Below are positions 11,186 to 23,400 of a DNA stretch of 64,000 bases, piece after piece. The notes below the pieces were generated by a model. That model had not been told where the DNA came from. It saw only the letters and a program-made list of their open reading frames with translations, and did not search any database. This DNA comes from Mizuhopecten yessoensis (Eukaryota). The stretch covers positions 868,502 to 932,501 of the forward strand of contig NW_018408848.1 in assembly GCF_002113885.1 (NCBI RefSeq), given 5' to 3'. The position numbers and the translations under genes are program-made. Every line of letters starts with the position of its first letter. The first letter of the stretch is position 1.

Positions 11186-13305
11186 CCAAGACTGTCCTAT
11201 TACGGTGTATGAGATAGCTAAAGCGATAGGTAACATGAAACGGGGTAAATCACATGGACTTGATGGAATTTTAAATGAATGTATCGTATTTGGTAAAAAT
11301 GTACTATTGCCTGTTTTGAGTGTACTATTTAATGGCATTTTTAATTCTGGATGTTTTCCGTCCGAATGGTCTATAGCTGTTATTACGCCAGTTCATAAGA
11401 AAGGAGATAAAAGTGACCCTAATAATTTTAGAGGTATTAGTTTGGTAAGTTGTCTAGGCAAACTGTTTACATCAATTTTGAATACGAGGTTGGTAAAATG
11501 GTGTCTTATGATAATATTACTGACGCACAGTTTGGTTTTCGCCCTGGTCTTAGCACTGTTGATGCCGTTTTCGCTCTGCATTCAGTTATTACAAAATCTT
11601 TTAGCGAAAATAAAAAGCTATATTGCTGTTTCGTGGATTTTAGAAAGGCGTTCGACTACGTTGATAGGATCAACTTGCGGTATAAGTTATCGAAGTTGGG
11701 AGTAAGAGGGAAGCTGCTGCAAGTCATCAAGTCTATATATAATCATGTTAGGTCTTGTGTAAAATTCAAAGGCTGCTTATCAGACTTTTTTGATAATGAT
11801 ATCGGATTATTGCAAGGAGAAATTCTGTCTCCGATACTTTTTTTCCATGTATGTGAATGATTTTGAATCGTTTTTTTATCTCGAATTGTAGTAGCTATTA
11901 TACCTTTGGAGAATTAAGCTATACGCAGACGATTTAGTGTTGTTATCGGAGACGGTTGAGGGTTTACAGGAACTGTTGGATAATCTCCCTAGTTATTCTG
12001 AGAAATGGAAATTAACTGTCAATATTGACAAGACAAAAATTGTGTTTTTTTTCGAAAAGGCGGGAAAGTTCGAAATAATGAAATTTGGTTTTATGATGGC
12101 AAGACGGTTAGTTGTGTTGATCAATTTACATACCTAGATGTGCAATGTAAGTTTAACAATAAGTTCAATAGTATTCAGAAACAATTAGCTGACCAAGGTC
12201 GTAAAGCTATGTTTGCTTTATTATCAAAATGCTCCAACCTTAGTCTTAATTTTAAGACCATGTTACATTTGTTTGATACCTATGTTATTAGCATATTAAG
12301 TTACGCATGTGAAGTATGGGGATCCACAAAAGGAATAGACATTGAGAATGTGCACTTGAATTTCTGTAAGAGACTCCTCAAAGTTAAAAAAATCCAACTG
12401 TAATGCAATGGTATATATCGAACTTGGTCGCTTGCCTTTAGAATGTATCAGAAAATACAGAATCATTGGTTTAAGTTACTCGACTCGAAAAATTGTATTC
12501 TGAACTGTGCATATTCTTTTTTCATCAAAACAGATTACATGTTATTGCTTTAACTGGGTACACCATGTAAAAAATGAATTATTTGCTTTGGGCTTTGGTG
12601 ATGTATGGTTAAGCCAATCGTCGACTAATGTTAAATTAATTTTACCGCTTATTCGTCAAAGATTTTTTGACCAAGGTCAACAACATTTAAGAGGTTTACT
12701 AGAGACTTCCTCCAAGTGTTTTTTTATACAAGTGTATTGNGTCAAAGAATTTTTGACCAAGGCCAACAACATTTAAGAGGTTTACTAGAGACTTCCTCTA
12801 AGTGTTTTTTATACAAGTGTATCGTAGACCACTTTTCCATTCAGTATTATTTAACCAAATATATTCCTAAGAATTATAGAATTAGTCTAACAAAGTTACG
12901 AATGTCTGCACATTCATTAGCAATCGAGACCGGTAGATATCGCAACGTTATTCGAGAACAGAGATATTGTACGAACTGTAATTCGGCTACAGAAGTCGAA
13001 GATGAATACCATTTTATTCTGATATGTAAAACCTACCAAAACTTAAGAAGTCGCCTTATTAAAAAGTACTATTGGAAAAAGCCATCCATGTTTAAATTTA
13101 TACAATTATTGTGTGTTAACAATACTAAGGAATTATGTCAACTTGGTAAATATATTTTTGAAGCTAATAAGTTAAGAATCTAATTTATTTACTCCACTCT
13201 CTCAATGTGTATTGTGAGCCGTGTTATTGTGTATATTATGCATTGTATTGATATGTTTGTACTGATCGGCCGTAAGGCCGAAAGTTAATAAATGAATTGA
13301 ATTGA
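11186..13305 (+). mobile_element. LINE C: decayed 5'-truncated RTE-X-like LINE
   Basis: Frameshifted RT ORFs 11205-13183; hairpin TCGGCC-GTAA-GGCCGA 13266-13281, AATAAA, (TTGAA)n tail; TSD ATATA at 11181-11185/13306-13310. Confidence 0.88.
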
Positions 13306-13380
13306 ATATATCTTTTAACTTAATTTTATTACGTAACAGGATGAACTGGTCTTACCAGGTCGGACACTGCATTCAGTCTC

Positions 13381-13418
13381 TATTCAATTAATTCAATTAG
13401 TTTATTCTGTAGGCCTTA
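13381..13418 (-). mobile_element. 38-bp extreme 5'-truncated LINE 3' end
   Basis: Absent from the paralog (30238/30239 junction); minus strand reads AAGGCCTA-CAG-AATAAA-..TTGAATTAATTGAATA. Confidence 0.7.
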
Positions 13419-13728
13419 GACAAAGGACAGCTAAATTGGCTTACCTGGTCGGGTACGGCTGTTACGGCACGATTTCTCACCCCGACACGATTTCTCAATA
13501 ACATACGGCCTTGGCCATAGAGATTAAGAACAAGTTCATCTGAACTTTTGTAAGAAATTATTAAAAGTAAAAGAGTCATCAAATGATAATATGATATGTT
13601 CTGAATTGGGACGCTTTCCGTTAGAGGTTATCAGAAAATTTAGAAGGATAAAATATTGGTTTAAAATTTTACATTGTGAAAATTGTATTGTCACCAATAG
13701 TTATGATTTTCTAATGCTGGTGTGGTGG

Positions 13729-16464
13729 TTTCAAGATTTGTATTAACACTCAGACACATAATATGTGTTACATGAGGAAATAAAGTTGCAGAGGTGGAAA
13801 ATGAAGTACAATATACATATTTGTAGAACTGAAAGAATGGACAGTTCAATTTATAGCCGATACGGTATAGTAACATGTTGTGACATACAATGGAAATTAC
13901 AAAGCAAACATAAATAAACATACATTTAATTCACAAGTTATCTAACTATTAACAGTTATACATATGCATCATTCACAAAAGAGGAGCCGTTTTGATTAGG
14001 AAAATAGATAAACTTGTCAGAACTCGTTGATTGCATAATGATAAAAGACCTTTAAACTTGTAAATATTTGGGTTTGTACAATATATTTGTTACGTAAGGT
14101 GGATATAGTTATATTATTGCATTCAAATGGATAATGAAATTCATCCCCGACACTTACCGCGCACAAATTACATAGTCGATTATCTCGGGGTATGTTATAC
14201 CATCTACCTGTTTCAATCGGAAACTTTAAATTCGAAGTGCGCAGTTTTGTTATTGGTGTTCTGATATGTTCTGGCAAATTTAATAAATATCTTTCTAGAC
14301 TAAATTCCGTTTTAAATGTACTGCCCACTAGATGAGCTAGTAATGTCATCGAACCATTGCCGTACAAAGTGATCAATAAGCCTTTGTTTTAAAATGCATT
14401 TGTAAAATCCATCAGGCGTGTGTAATTTATTATCAAGTATGTAAGAAAAACCCGTTTCGTTAAAGATACATGTACCTTTTATATGGTTAATCCATTTGAA
14501 CGGAAGAGTATCATTGTTTTGCATATGTAAAGCCAGTCGTAGTAATATACTGCTGAGTTTGTTTTCATTACTAATTATTCTATTCCAAAAACCTAACATT
14601 CTTAGTTTAACATTTATTTCCAAGTTTTCAAGTTTTATTTTTACACTCACGCCACACATATACGTGCGTAACAAGAGGTCACATAATACATAATATACAT
14701 TGATGGACATAATACTCACATAATATGACACATGATACAATTCATACAATAACAACCCATTTCAATAATTCATTTAGCTAAATTCTTTTAGATATTAAGT
14801 AGCTTCATTACTCTTTGTATAAATGTACTTACTTTTGTTAAGAGTACAGTGTTACAAATTGAGAACATTCCTTTCATTTTGATATAAGTTGGGTTGACAT
14901 AATAATAATTTGGTACATAAAGTTGTCTAAGAGCTACAACAGATACATTAGTACATTGGTATAAGTAGTGGTATTCGTCCCCAACACAGTTATTACATAG
15001 GGGACATAACCTTTCCTCGCGTGGGACTCCATTCCATCTTCCTGTTTCTATAGGAAATTTTATATTTGATGTTCTAAATTTACATATTACTTTTCGTTCA
15101 TTACGATTTAGCTTTAAAAGATATGGTTCAATATTAAACTGAAATTTGAATAAGGAGTAAACTTGCCCTCGCGAGGAGGTTTCAACATCATGAAACCAAC
15201 TTTGAATGAATTGATCGCATAATCTCTGCTTAATGATATTTTTCAAGCATTGTCTATTAATTGTACATGATATTTGGAAAGTCCATAAATTATTAAATCC
15301 AGTATTGTTTAAGATATCTCGTATATACGTTAACCATTTAAAACTTAATAAAGAATTCTGGTGCAAATTGTACATTAACTTATACATTACACTAGATAAT
15401 TTCGATCCACCCGTTATAAGCTTATGCCAGAACATAACCATTCTAACACTGATTTCAATTTCTAGGGGATACCTTCCTAACTCACCATATACCATATAAT
15501 TTGGGGTGCTCTTCCGAATGTTAAGAATTTCCTTACAAAACTGTAAGTGTATTTTTTCGATACTTTTTGTATTTTCATAGCCCCAGATTTCACATCCATA
15601 TAATAAAATTGGTGACACAAGTGCATCAAATAATTTCAGTTGAAGATCTACAGGAATGGAAATATTTCTAATCTTAATATACAATGCATATAAAGCTTTT
15701 TTTGCTTGCTCTGTTAGTTTACTTTTGGCTTTTGTAAAAACACCATTGTAGTTTAATAGTATTCCAAGATATGTGTACGAATCTTGTATTTCTAAAATCT
15801 CATTATTAAACGTAAATTGATGGTCTCTTTTACTTTTTCTTTTTTCAAAAGTCAAAACTTTAGTTTTTTGGGTATTAACTGTTAATTTCCATATATTACA
15901 ATAATTTTGGAATTCATTCAATGCGTTTTGTAGGCCATCTGGTGTTTCTGACAAAAGCACTGTATCATCAGCATATAATATAATAAACAATTTTAAGTAC
16001 AAACCTAAATTTTGATCACTAAGAGCATACACTTCATTCAAACAAGAAACATTACGTTGATTGAGGAAATCCTCTAAATCGTTAAGAAAGAGGGAAAACA
16101 AAAATGGCGATAAGTTTTCTCCTTGTTTTACCCCGACATTGCACATGAAAAAGTCGGATGGCACACGACCTAGCTCGCCATAAATCATAAAATGAGGCAA
16201 TGTAGATCTCACTTTAAGAATTCTTTTATAAAACTTAAGATGAATCTGTTCGATAATTTTCAGGTTTTCGAATCCCCTTACATCCGATCCATATAGTAGA
16301 ATCGTTTTCACTAAAGAATCAAATAATTTTAATTGTAAATTTAAAGGAAGAGAAAGGTTCCTGATTTTTTTGTAAATAGCAAATATTGACTTTTGGGCCT
16401 GGTTGATCAATCTGCGTCTTGCTTTTACAAAATTGCCATTGTAATTAAATGTTATTCCTGAGTA
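13729..16464 (-). mobile_element. LINE D: decayed RTE-X-like fragment (13729-14623 + 16159-16464), split by LINE E
   Basis: YGELGRVP (ends 16159) continues as LEINVKLRMLGFW (from 14623); C-terminal IETGRW..CNLC..GDEFHY; CTTGAA tail at ~13730. Confidence 0.82.
14621..16158 (-). mobile_element. LINE E: young 5'-truncated RTE-X-like LINE with uninterrupted ORF2 C-terminal half
   Basis: Open frame SDFFMCNVGVKQGENLSP..YADD..CPLCNNCVGDEYHY to stop at 14788; AATAAA + AACTTGAAAACTTG tail. Confidence 0.88.
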
Positions 16465-18433
16465 TTCATGGCTATAGAGGCTGGAAGGTATAGAAATGTG
16501 CCTCAGGAGCAACGACATTGTAGAGAATGTAACTCCACTGATGTAAAAGATGAATACGATTTTTTATTGATCTGCAGTAAATTCAAAAATCTTAGAGAAC
16601 GGTTTATTAAGAAATTTTATTGGAAAAATCCCTGTCTTTAAAGCTATTCAATTGTGAAGTGTCCAAAATTGTAAAGCGTTATGTATGCTAAAAAAATATA
16701 TGTTTGAAGCAAACAAATTAAGAAACCCTTATTTTTTTCACATGTCAATATCCACTGTATTTATATCAGAGAATCGTGTATATATATTATGCACGGATTC
16801 TAAGGCCTAACGTATGAATAAAAACTTGAAACTTGAATCGTGGGGGCAATTAAACGGACATCGGTGCCGAGTTCTGTATTATAATACGTATAGTAATACG
16901 TTCTGACTTGCTATTTTAACTTCTGTTTATGACTTGATCAATATAAATTGTATCGATTATGATTTTTTTATGAGTTTTAGTGTCTCATAAGCCAACCAAT
17001 AATGGCTGGGTATTGATCGCTTTTTACTTTGTACATTTTATAATTGTGATTTGTATTTTACTGTCGATCAATGCGTGACACTTTAATAAACTATTATTTA
17101 TTAATTATTTATCATTGCTATAAATGATAGATGTCACTCAAACTAATTACTTAATTGTTATCGTGTAAATGTACTTAACAACATGCTTATATTTGTGATA
17201 TCAGTTAATTAAGACCTAGGTCTCGGACTGTATGGGTGTGGTTTTGGATACTCTAGAAATCACCCATCGATCAAGAGAAAGTTATTCTAATAAATTTATA
17301 CTTAGACCATATTCATTATCTCCAAAACTTTTACTTTTCAAATTGTATAACAACACCCTACACAATTGTTGTGTTAATACAATGTATCAACATTATCCTG
17401 ATGTATTGTATTGTAAGATGGACGTCACACACAATGTTTAATCTCAGGTTTTCTCTATATCCCATAAAACCCATAAAACATGTAAAATTACTCTGAACAC
17501 CTTAGTTTAGGTCCACATATAGCTGTAACAAATGTTCAGGTCCCTGTGATCAGATACTGTAATTGAACGTTACAATTTGGTTATTGATATAGTATGCCAA
17601 GCATGAATCACACTACATCTAATATCGTGCTGAGTCACCTTAAAATCTTTAGACATGTTTCAATTTTTGACTATCTGTGCGAGTAACTCCCCTTTATGGT
17701 CACACGTCAATTTGAAATTATTTCAAAATCGATATGGCGTACTTTGATTGAAATAACGAAACACATCCGAGAATAAAATTGTATAAAATTGTTTAATGCA
17801 GAACGTGGCGTACACAGATCTTTTATGAGCTAGGTTATGACAAGATACCCAAAATCATTTGTTTTGAAATAAATATGAAACAATGTGCGTAGAAATAAAT
17901 TTTGGAAAACAATATCTATTTTCCACATTTGTTTATTGATATCAAGATATCTAGATTGTGTATGACCAGTCAGATGCCGACCTCCGTAAACATTACAACA
18001 GACATGAATACTTACAGGATCAGGGCGTTTCAATCACTATTGACTTGTAAGATATGCATAGTTCATTGCTATAGTGACTCGCGTTGATCGAAAAACATTT
18101 TGGTTCAACTGACAATTAAGTGTTTGTGATAAAGAAGATAATTTGGACATAATGCTATAGTATGTTACAGAACGACAGAACTTTTCTTGCTGTGCACTAA
18201 CAAGCTTGTTCAGTGAATATTCCGGGATGTACGTGGCCAATCAAACACGTCTACTGTATTGACCCTGTACCAGCTTACTGTGTCAAACAAATGTATCTAT
18301 ATATATTTGCACTCTATCGTCTAGTGTAGGTATAACAACTGTATAATAATGGAACTTCCTTTATGAATTAGTAACGTCTTTATATGTGTATTAAAACAAC
18401 AAAAAGACGATATGTTTATATGAAAACAACAGA

Positions 18434-18439
18434 TTTATT
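18434..18439 (-). terminator. Candidate polyadenylation signal of the TTC25-like gene
   Basis: AATAAA on the minus strand followed by a GT/T-rich tract, 1.6 kb after the stop. Confidence 0.35.
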
Positions 18440-20032
18440 GTACAGGGTCTTATAAACAGTGGCAAACAACGGAAACTACTGAATGATGCTAGCAAAGTCA
18501 AACAACAGAACAACATGTAAATAATGAAATGAAATCGGCAATCCAAGGTTATGTATTATTACACAACTCGACGACGTATATCATTACGAAACGAAATAAA
18601 AGCGAAAGAGAATTTAACATAACCTTGAATTTGCCAACATGCACATTAAAGTGACGTAATTTTGATATGGCTACTGTGAATCTGCGAACCGACAGTGTTC
18701 GAGGCGGTTCACGTGCGTAGATAGTAATGACGTCATGCCAAACCACTCCTCTTTTCCTTTGTAAAAAAGAGGAGGTTATCAACATCGCCACGAGAAAAAT
18801 AATTACTGAGTGCGCATGAACTCATTCAGTGAGGGTCATATTATACTGTTCAAGAGTGTGATACTATTTGCCTTATAAGAATTTTCGTTGCGAAAAAGTG
18901 CACGTGTTTGGAACAATTTTTTAACATTACCGTTACTTAATCTTTTTCATGTTATAAGTCAGCGTCTCGTTCAAGGTAGCCTGTCTAATCCGAACGTTGC
19001 AAAATCCGGAAAATTGCGCAACCAGACAGTCACAATCTACAGCCCTACGTAAACTTGTGAAGATGTGTAAACTTCAGCATGATCTGAAGAATGAGATTTG
19101 ATCCTGAAGTCTTCGGCTTAGACAGGCTTACCCGCATATTACAGACAATGCCAAAACATGCAGCAAACGATCGACTTGTTTTATAATTGGACTGACCGGA
19201 CAGATACAAGGTCAAGGTCCGGAAACAATTGTTCACAATAGTGCACGCATCACTGGACAACGTTAATGATAAAATTGGACCAGTAAGTCGAAAATAACTC
19301 GAAATGATTGTAACGAAAACCATTTAATCAAACAAAGAGATGTTTGCCTAGTCAGGTGATTTGATACTACTTTATAAACATGGTAGTTTCCCCATGCATA
19401 CGAAAACAAAGTAGTCATCTCATCACAAGCTCACATTTGTTGACACTAAATTCCGGTACTTTTACATATAAAATCTACATTTTAAACGCCATATTTTGGA
19501 AATCTTAACTGCGAAACGAAAATTGAAGATTTTATAACCAAAAATGCGTTCACATGTCAAAATTGTGTCAGATATGTAAGTAAAACAGCGCTTATTTTTC
19601 TGTAAGTACTAAAACACTGGCACATTAATAATTGCAATAAATCGTTTGTACATGTACATTGTCAATCAGACCCGTGTATTTTGATAATCATAGATTGGAA
19701 GGTGTTGATGACCTCGTCATCAAGTCTCTAGAGGTCACTCTTACACAAAAAGTCATCAGCTAAATAGTAAACTATTTTTTTACTGATCGACCATCAACAC
19801 CTTTCCCCGATGAGAAATATGTTCAATATCTTTATACATACATAATGTAATATCAATCACTGCCATTTCGTTGTCTTTTCACATTTCTAAGAAATGTTTG
19901 TCGTTATAAACCTCTTATTGGAATGCAGCGTTTCTTTCTTCAAAACTTTCAAAAACTTAAAAATGCAAAATCAAAAATGAATATCTCCCTTCGAATAATA
20001 ACGCTTCACTTATTTGATGACGTAATGTACAC

Positions 20033-20451
20033 TTATCCCATGGCTGTGCTACACCTTATGACAGAGTTTGTGACAGAGTTACGCCCAGACATCTGAACAT
20101 TTTGCAAGGATTTTTTGAGTTCCGAGGACACATGACCTCCAGATTTTCTGCCATTTTCTTGTAATTGTGCAAATGAGCCAAACATGGCGGTGTCAAGGTC
20201 ACTTCTAAGACGATCGAGTTCAAGTTGTAAGTTTTCGGTGTCATATCCGGTTTCGGTCAATGACACGTCACCGTCGTCTTCTGGAATATAGATACTAGAA
20301 TAGTCAGACCACTCCGTGCGAGATTTAGCATACTCCGCTCTTGACCTTGTTAAGTCGGCCTGTGACCTAGACCTCGTTTTGAGTTCCTCGACGATTTTGT
20401 CATTTACATCATTCAAAGCGTCTCGGATAGCAGTTTCCGCTTTGTTGTCTC
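20033..20451 (-). CDS. TTC25: TTC25-like last coding exon
   Basis: DNKAETAIRDALNDVNDKIVEELK.. to TAA at 20033. Confidence 0.85.
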
Positions 20452-23400
20452 CTGATAGCAAACAAAATATACATGAAATTATCACTTTTTAATCGCTATT
20501 TCATTAAATGCCATATTTTGTTTTTAATTATTATAATTTTGTATAGCTATCTGTAGTGTTTTCCGTATTGCTGTTTGAAGGTTTCCATGGTATCAACACA
20601 CACGTGATAAATCGACAAGAGAGAAACTAAAGATATTTTAAATAAGGACATATACAAAAATGATCGGAAGCCTTCAGAATTATAGCATCATACAGTGTAT
20701 AAAAAGTTATCTTGTATTGCGTTACCTTGCATTCTAGCCTGATCCATCGCTCTTTCGAAAGTGTTGAAGGCCGCATGGTACTGACGCAGCTTAACTGTAA
20801 AACAGAGAAACAATAATGACCATAAACAGTGAGACATGACATTACATAAACTGGCAGTATAGCATGTTACACGAAAATTAGAATACATAATTTTTCTGAC
20901 TTAGTATGTATTTCAGAGTGCCACTGGCTTAGGTTTCTCTTGAGTGATTCGGAAAATGATATGCACAATCACATTTTGGTGAGGTCTTACAAGGCCTTTA
21001 GATTCCGACTGTTTATGACTTGTTATGTTTTCAGCAGTGTGTTTCGCTTTTCGTTTTCTTTACCTTCAGCGACCCCTAGGAGAACTGAACTCTGAAGCTG
21101 GTAGTTCCAGTCGAGTGCCTCTTCAGCCGCCTCAACGGAACGACGCGCCGCCTCTCGGGCGTACTCGTACTGGCCAAGTACCAGGAAACAGTTCCCGAGC
21201 TCGTGGTACAACCATGCGGACTCAACACGGGTTGTACAAAGCTGTATCTTCCTGGAAAATCTGTGAGCGGAACCAGAAATATAAACACATTTGCACGGAC
21301 GTATTATAATTAGGAAAGCTACAAAGCGTTACTACGAGTTATATTTAGAATATCAAGTTTGAAAAGCAAGGGAACCGTATTCTGAACAAAAAAATGGAAT
21401 GTTAAGCACGGACAATGTCTAAGCACATATGAGTGTAATGTCATTTAGAAAGAGAGAACTAATAACAATATGTTATGTTATACTGAAGTAGCAATTGGTT
21501 ACAATAATGACATTTATTATGAATACTTTCTATAATGCTGGCTCTACTATAAATTATATGTATATATTTGACGCTGAAAACGATATTCATGATTGGTTAA
21601 CACTAGTATTGTGATATTCAATACACCTCGTATTAAGTTATACCATCGTTATATATTTCCCCGTAATTATTAAGTAAGGATTTTACAATAGATACAGACT
21701 GATTTAGTTTCGATTGAGTACTTACACATCTAGAGCCTTCTGGTGCTTGCTTTGGAACACGTAAATTCTCCCGAGATTTCCTAGAGCACGTGATATGGCC
21801 TCAGAATCGTTACTGAAAGTACAAGTTCAATATTATGATTTTACCCGCACTATAACGTGTAAATAAGTAAATTCTGTACACTACAACAAACATTCCCATG
21901 TTTTCAGGTCTTTATCCATGAACTAACCTAAACGATGCTGTTAAACATCGATATGATGTCCTACGTTCAATTTACCATCTCGTTTACCGCCAGCGTATTT
22001 CATGTTTTCTTAACCACTCGTTTACATACCGAACCCTTTATAACGCCAACATGGAACATTTGTATCAGTATAACAAGGTTTTCCTTTACATGTTCAGCAG
22101 TTATCTCATGGTTTACAGTATATTATGGTAGCTTACTTCCGTTCGCCGATGTCGAGATCTCGCTTGTGGTATTCGAGACCAGTGACGTAATCCCTCATTT
22201 CGATGGCGGCGTTTCCTATGTAGGAGTAAAGCTTGGCAGTGAGAGACATTACGTTCGGAATTTCCTCCATATTGTAGCTGTTCATAGTGTTCAAACAAGA
22301 TTCGGCTTTCCTGGCGCATTCGGAATATTTTCCTTCTACGTAGGCTGTAATGATAAAGTGATGAAACTTCAGTGCATTGTACATGTAATCGATGAACTTA
22401 TTATTATTATACTTCACTTTTAACAGTGTTGAAATATGTACAACAAATGATATCATGATGCCAATAAACTTTTTTTCTGATTGAAAAATCTAAAGAAACA
22501 TTGCAGCAATTCATTTGCATTTTGGAAAACTTTTTCCGTGATGCTAATCTTCATTTGAATATCTGGAAACCTGGAATGACAAATTTTCCGACACTTACCG
22601 AATTCGACATCCTCCATGACTTTATTGATATACGAAATGATTGGTTCTCTTCTGATGCGACGTCGACCCCGATTGTATTTTGACATGTCCGTATTAACAT
22701 AAGGGAGTTTGAGGGTATTTGTCGGAGTCATAGTTTCCTCTGTAACATCCTGACTCCTACGTCGTGCGCTTCCGTTCGATTTAAGGTCAATTTCGCTGTG
22801 ACCTTTATAGGTGCTAAAGCTGATGTTGAGTCCGGAGTCGGAGTCAGATGACGTGTGATGTTGACTCAGGTTATCCTTGAGTGTGTTGTTTCGCCCGCGC
22901 TTGACCTTCAGGTTATTTTCCTGTCTGGGTCTCCGTATGATGGGTCGCTGGGAACGTTGTGGGTCCAATGTGTCCTTCAACTGTACTTTCTGTCCTTCAA
23001 GGACATGAACGAACTGGGGCGGGTTGGCTTTGCGAGAGTTGGCCTCAGCGGCCTTTTTCTTGTCAAGATACCTGAACCAAGATCCTGGTGGCATGGGATC
23101 TTTTTCTTTGGTTTCTTTACCATCCTTGTGTATCTTTGTCGACTTCGCCTTAACAGTGCTGGCATTGCTCGTGGATTTTAAAGTAGAAGGTCGTGTGCCG
23201 GGAGCTTCAGGGGGGATAATCCGTCCCTGGCGTACCCAGTACAACACACGGTCATACAGGAAGTTTAAACCCGTCTCCGCCATGTTGGTAAGGTCTACAC
23301 TTCCACGAGGTACGTCTACAATACAAGTAAATAGTATGGTAGCAGTATACAGTAGAAATGGCCCGACTCTGATAAGCAAGGCACATGTCGAGGAAATGTA

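Larger units (their letters stand above)
13510..16837 (+). mobile_element. LINE F: decayed RTE-X-like fragment (13510-13728 + ~16465-16837), split by LINE D
   Basis: Plus-strand translation EQVHLNFCKKLLKVK..ELGRFPLEVIRKFRRIKYWFK, then AIEAGRYRN..CRECNSTDVKDEY; AATAAA + (ACTTGAA)n tail. Confidence 0.78.
13460..17113 (+). mobile_element. Element G: retroposon 3' fragment (13460-~13505 + 16838-17113) with ATT/TATT-rich tail, hosting LINEs F, D and E
   Basis: T-rich UTR-like tract, AATAAA 17085-17090, simple-repeat tail abutting resumed host sequence at 17114. Confidence 0.45.
2986..17376 (+). repeat. Fragmented copy of an unclassified ~630-bp repeat (pieces 2986-3184, 11158-11185, 13306-13380, 13419-13459, 17114-17376) split by nested insertions
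   Basis: The pieces align colinearly with 29925-30556 (e.g. TATATTCGTTATTTTGCGTATTT, AGACAAAGGACAGCTAAATTGGCTTACCTGGTC, AAAGTTATTCTAATAAATTTATA). Confidence 0.85.

Noticed and set aside
12655-12825. ~85-bp tandem duplication inside LINE C
   Set aside because: The copies meet at an N (12740); probably a contig-overlap or haplotype artefact
9600-13305. Head-to-head LINEs B and C as a twin-priming or single double-ended insertion
   Set aside because: Host-repeat sequence (CATCGTATACCATATA, 11170-11185) lies between them and each has its own candidate TSD, so they are independent insertions
14788-16518. 576-aa ORF as a genuine gene or single LINE ORF2
   Set aside because: Chimera of antisense F, D and E fragments
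19704-19790. C/D-box snoRNA (TGATGA..CTGA)
   Set aside because: Terminal stem is not positioned directly outside the boxes and there is no plus-strand host intron
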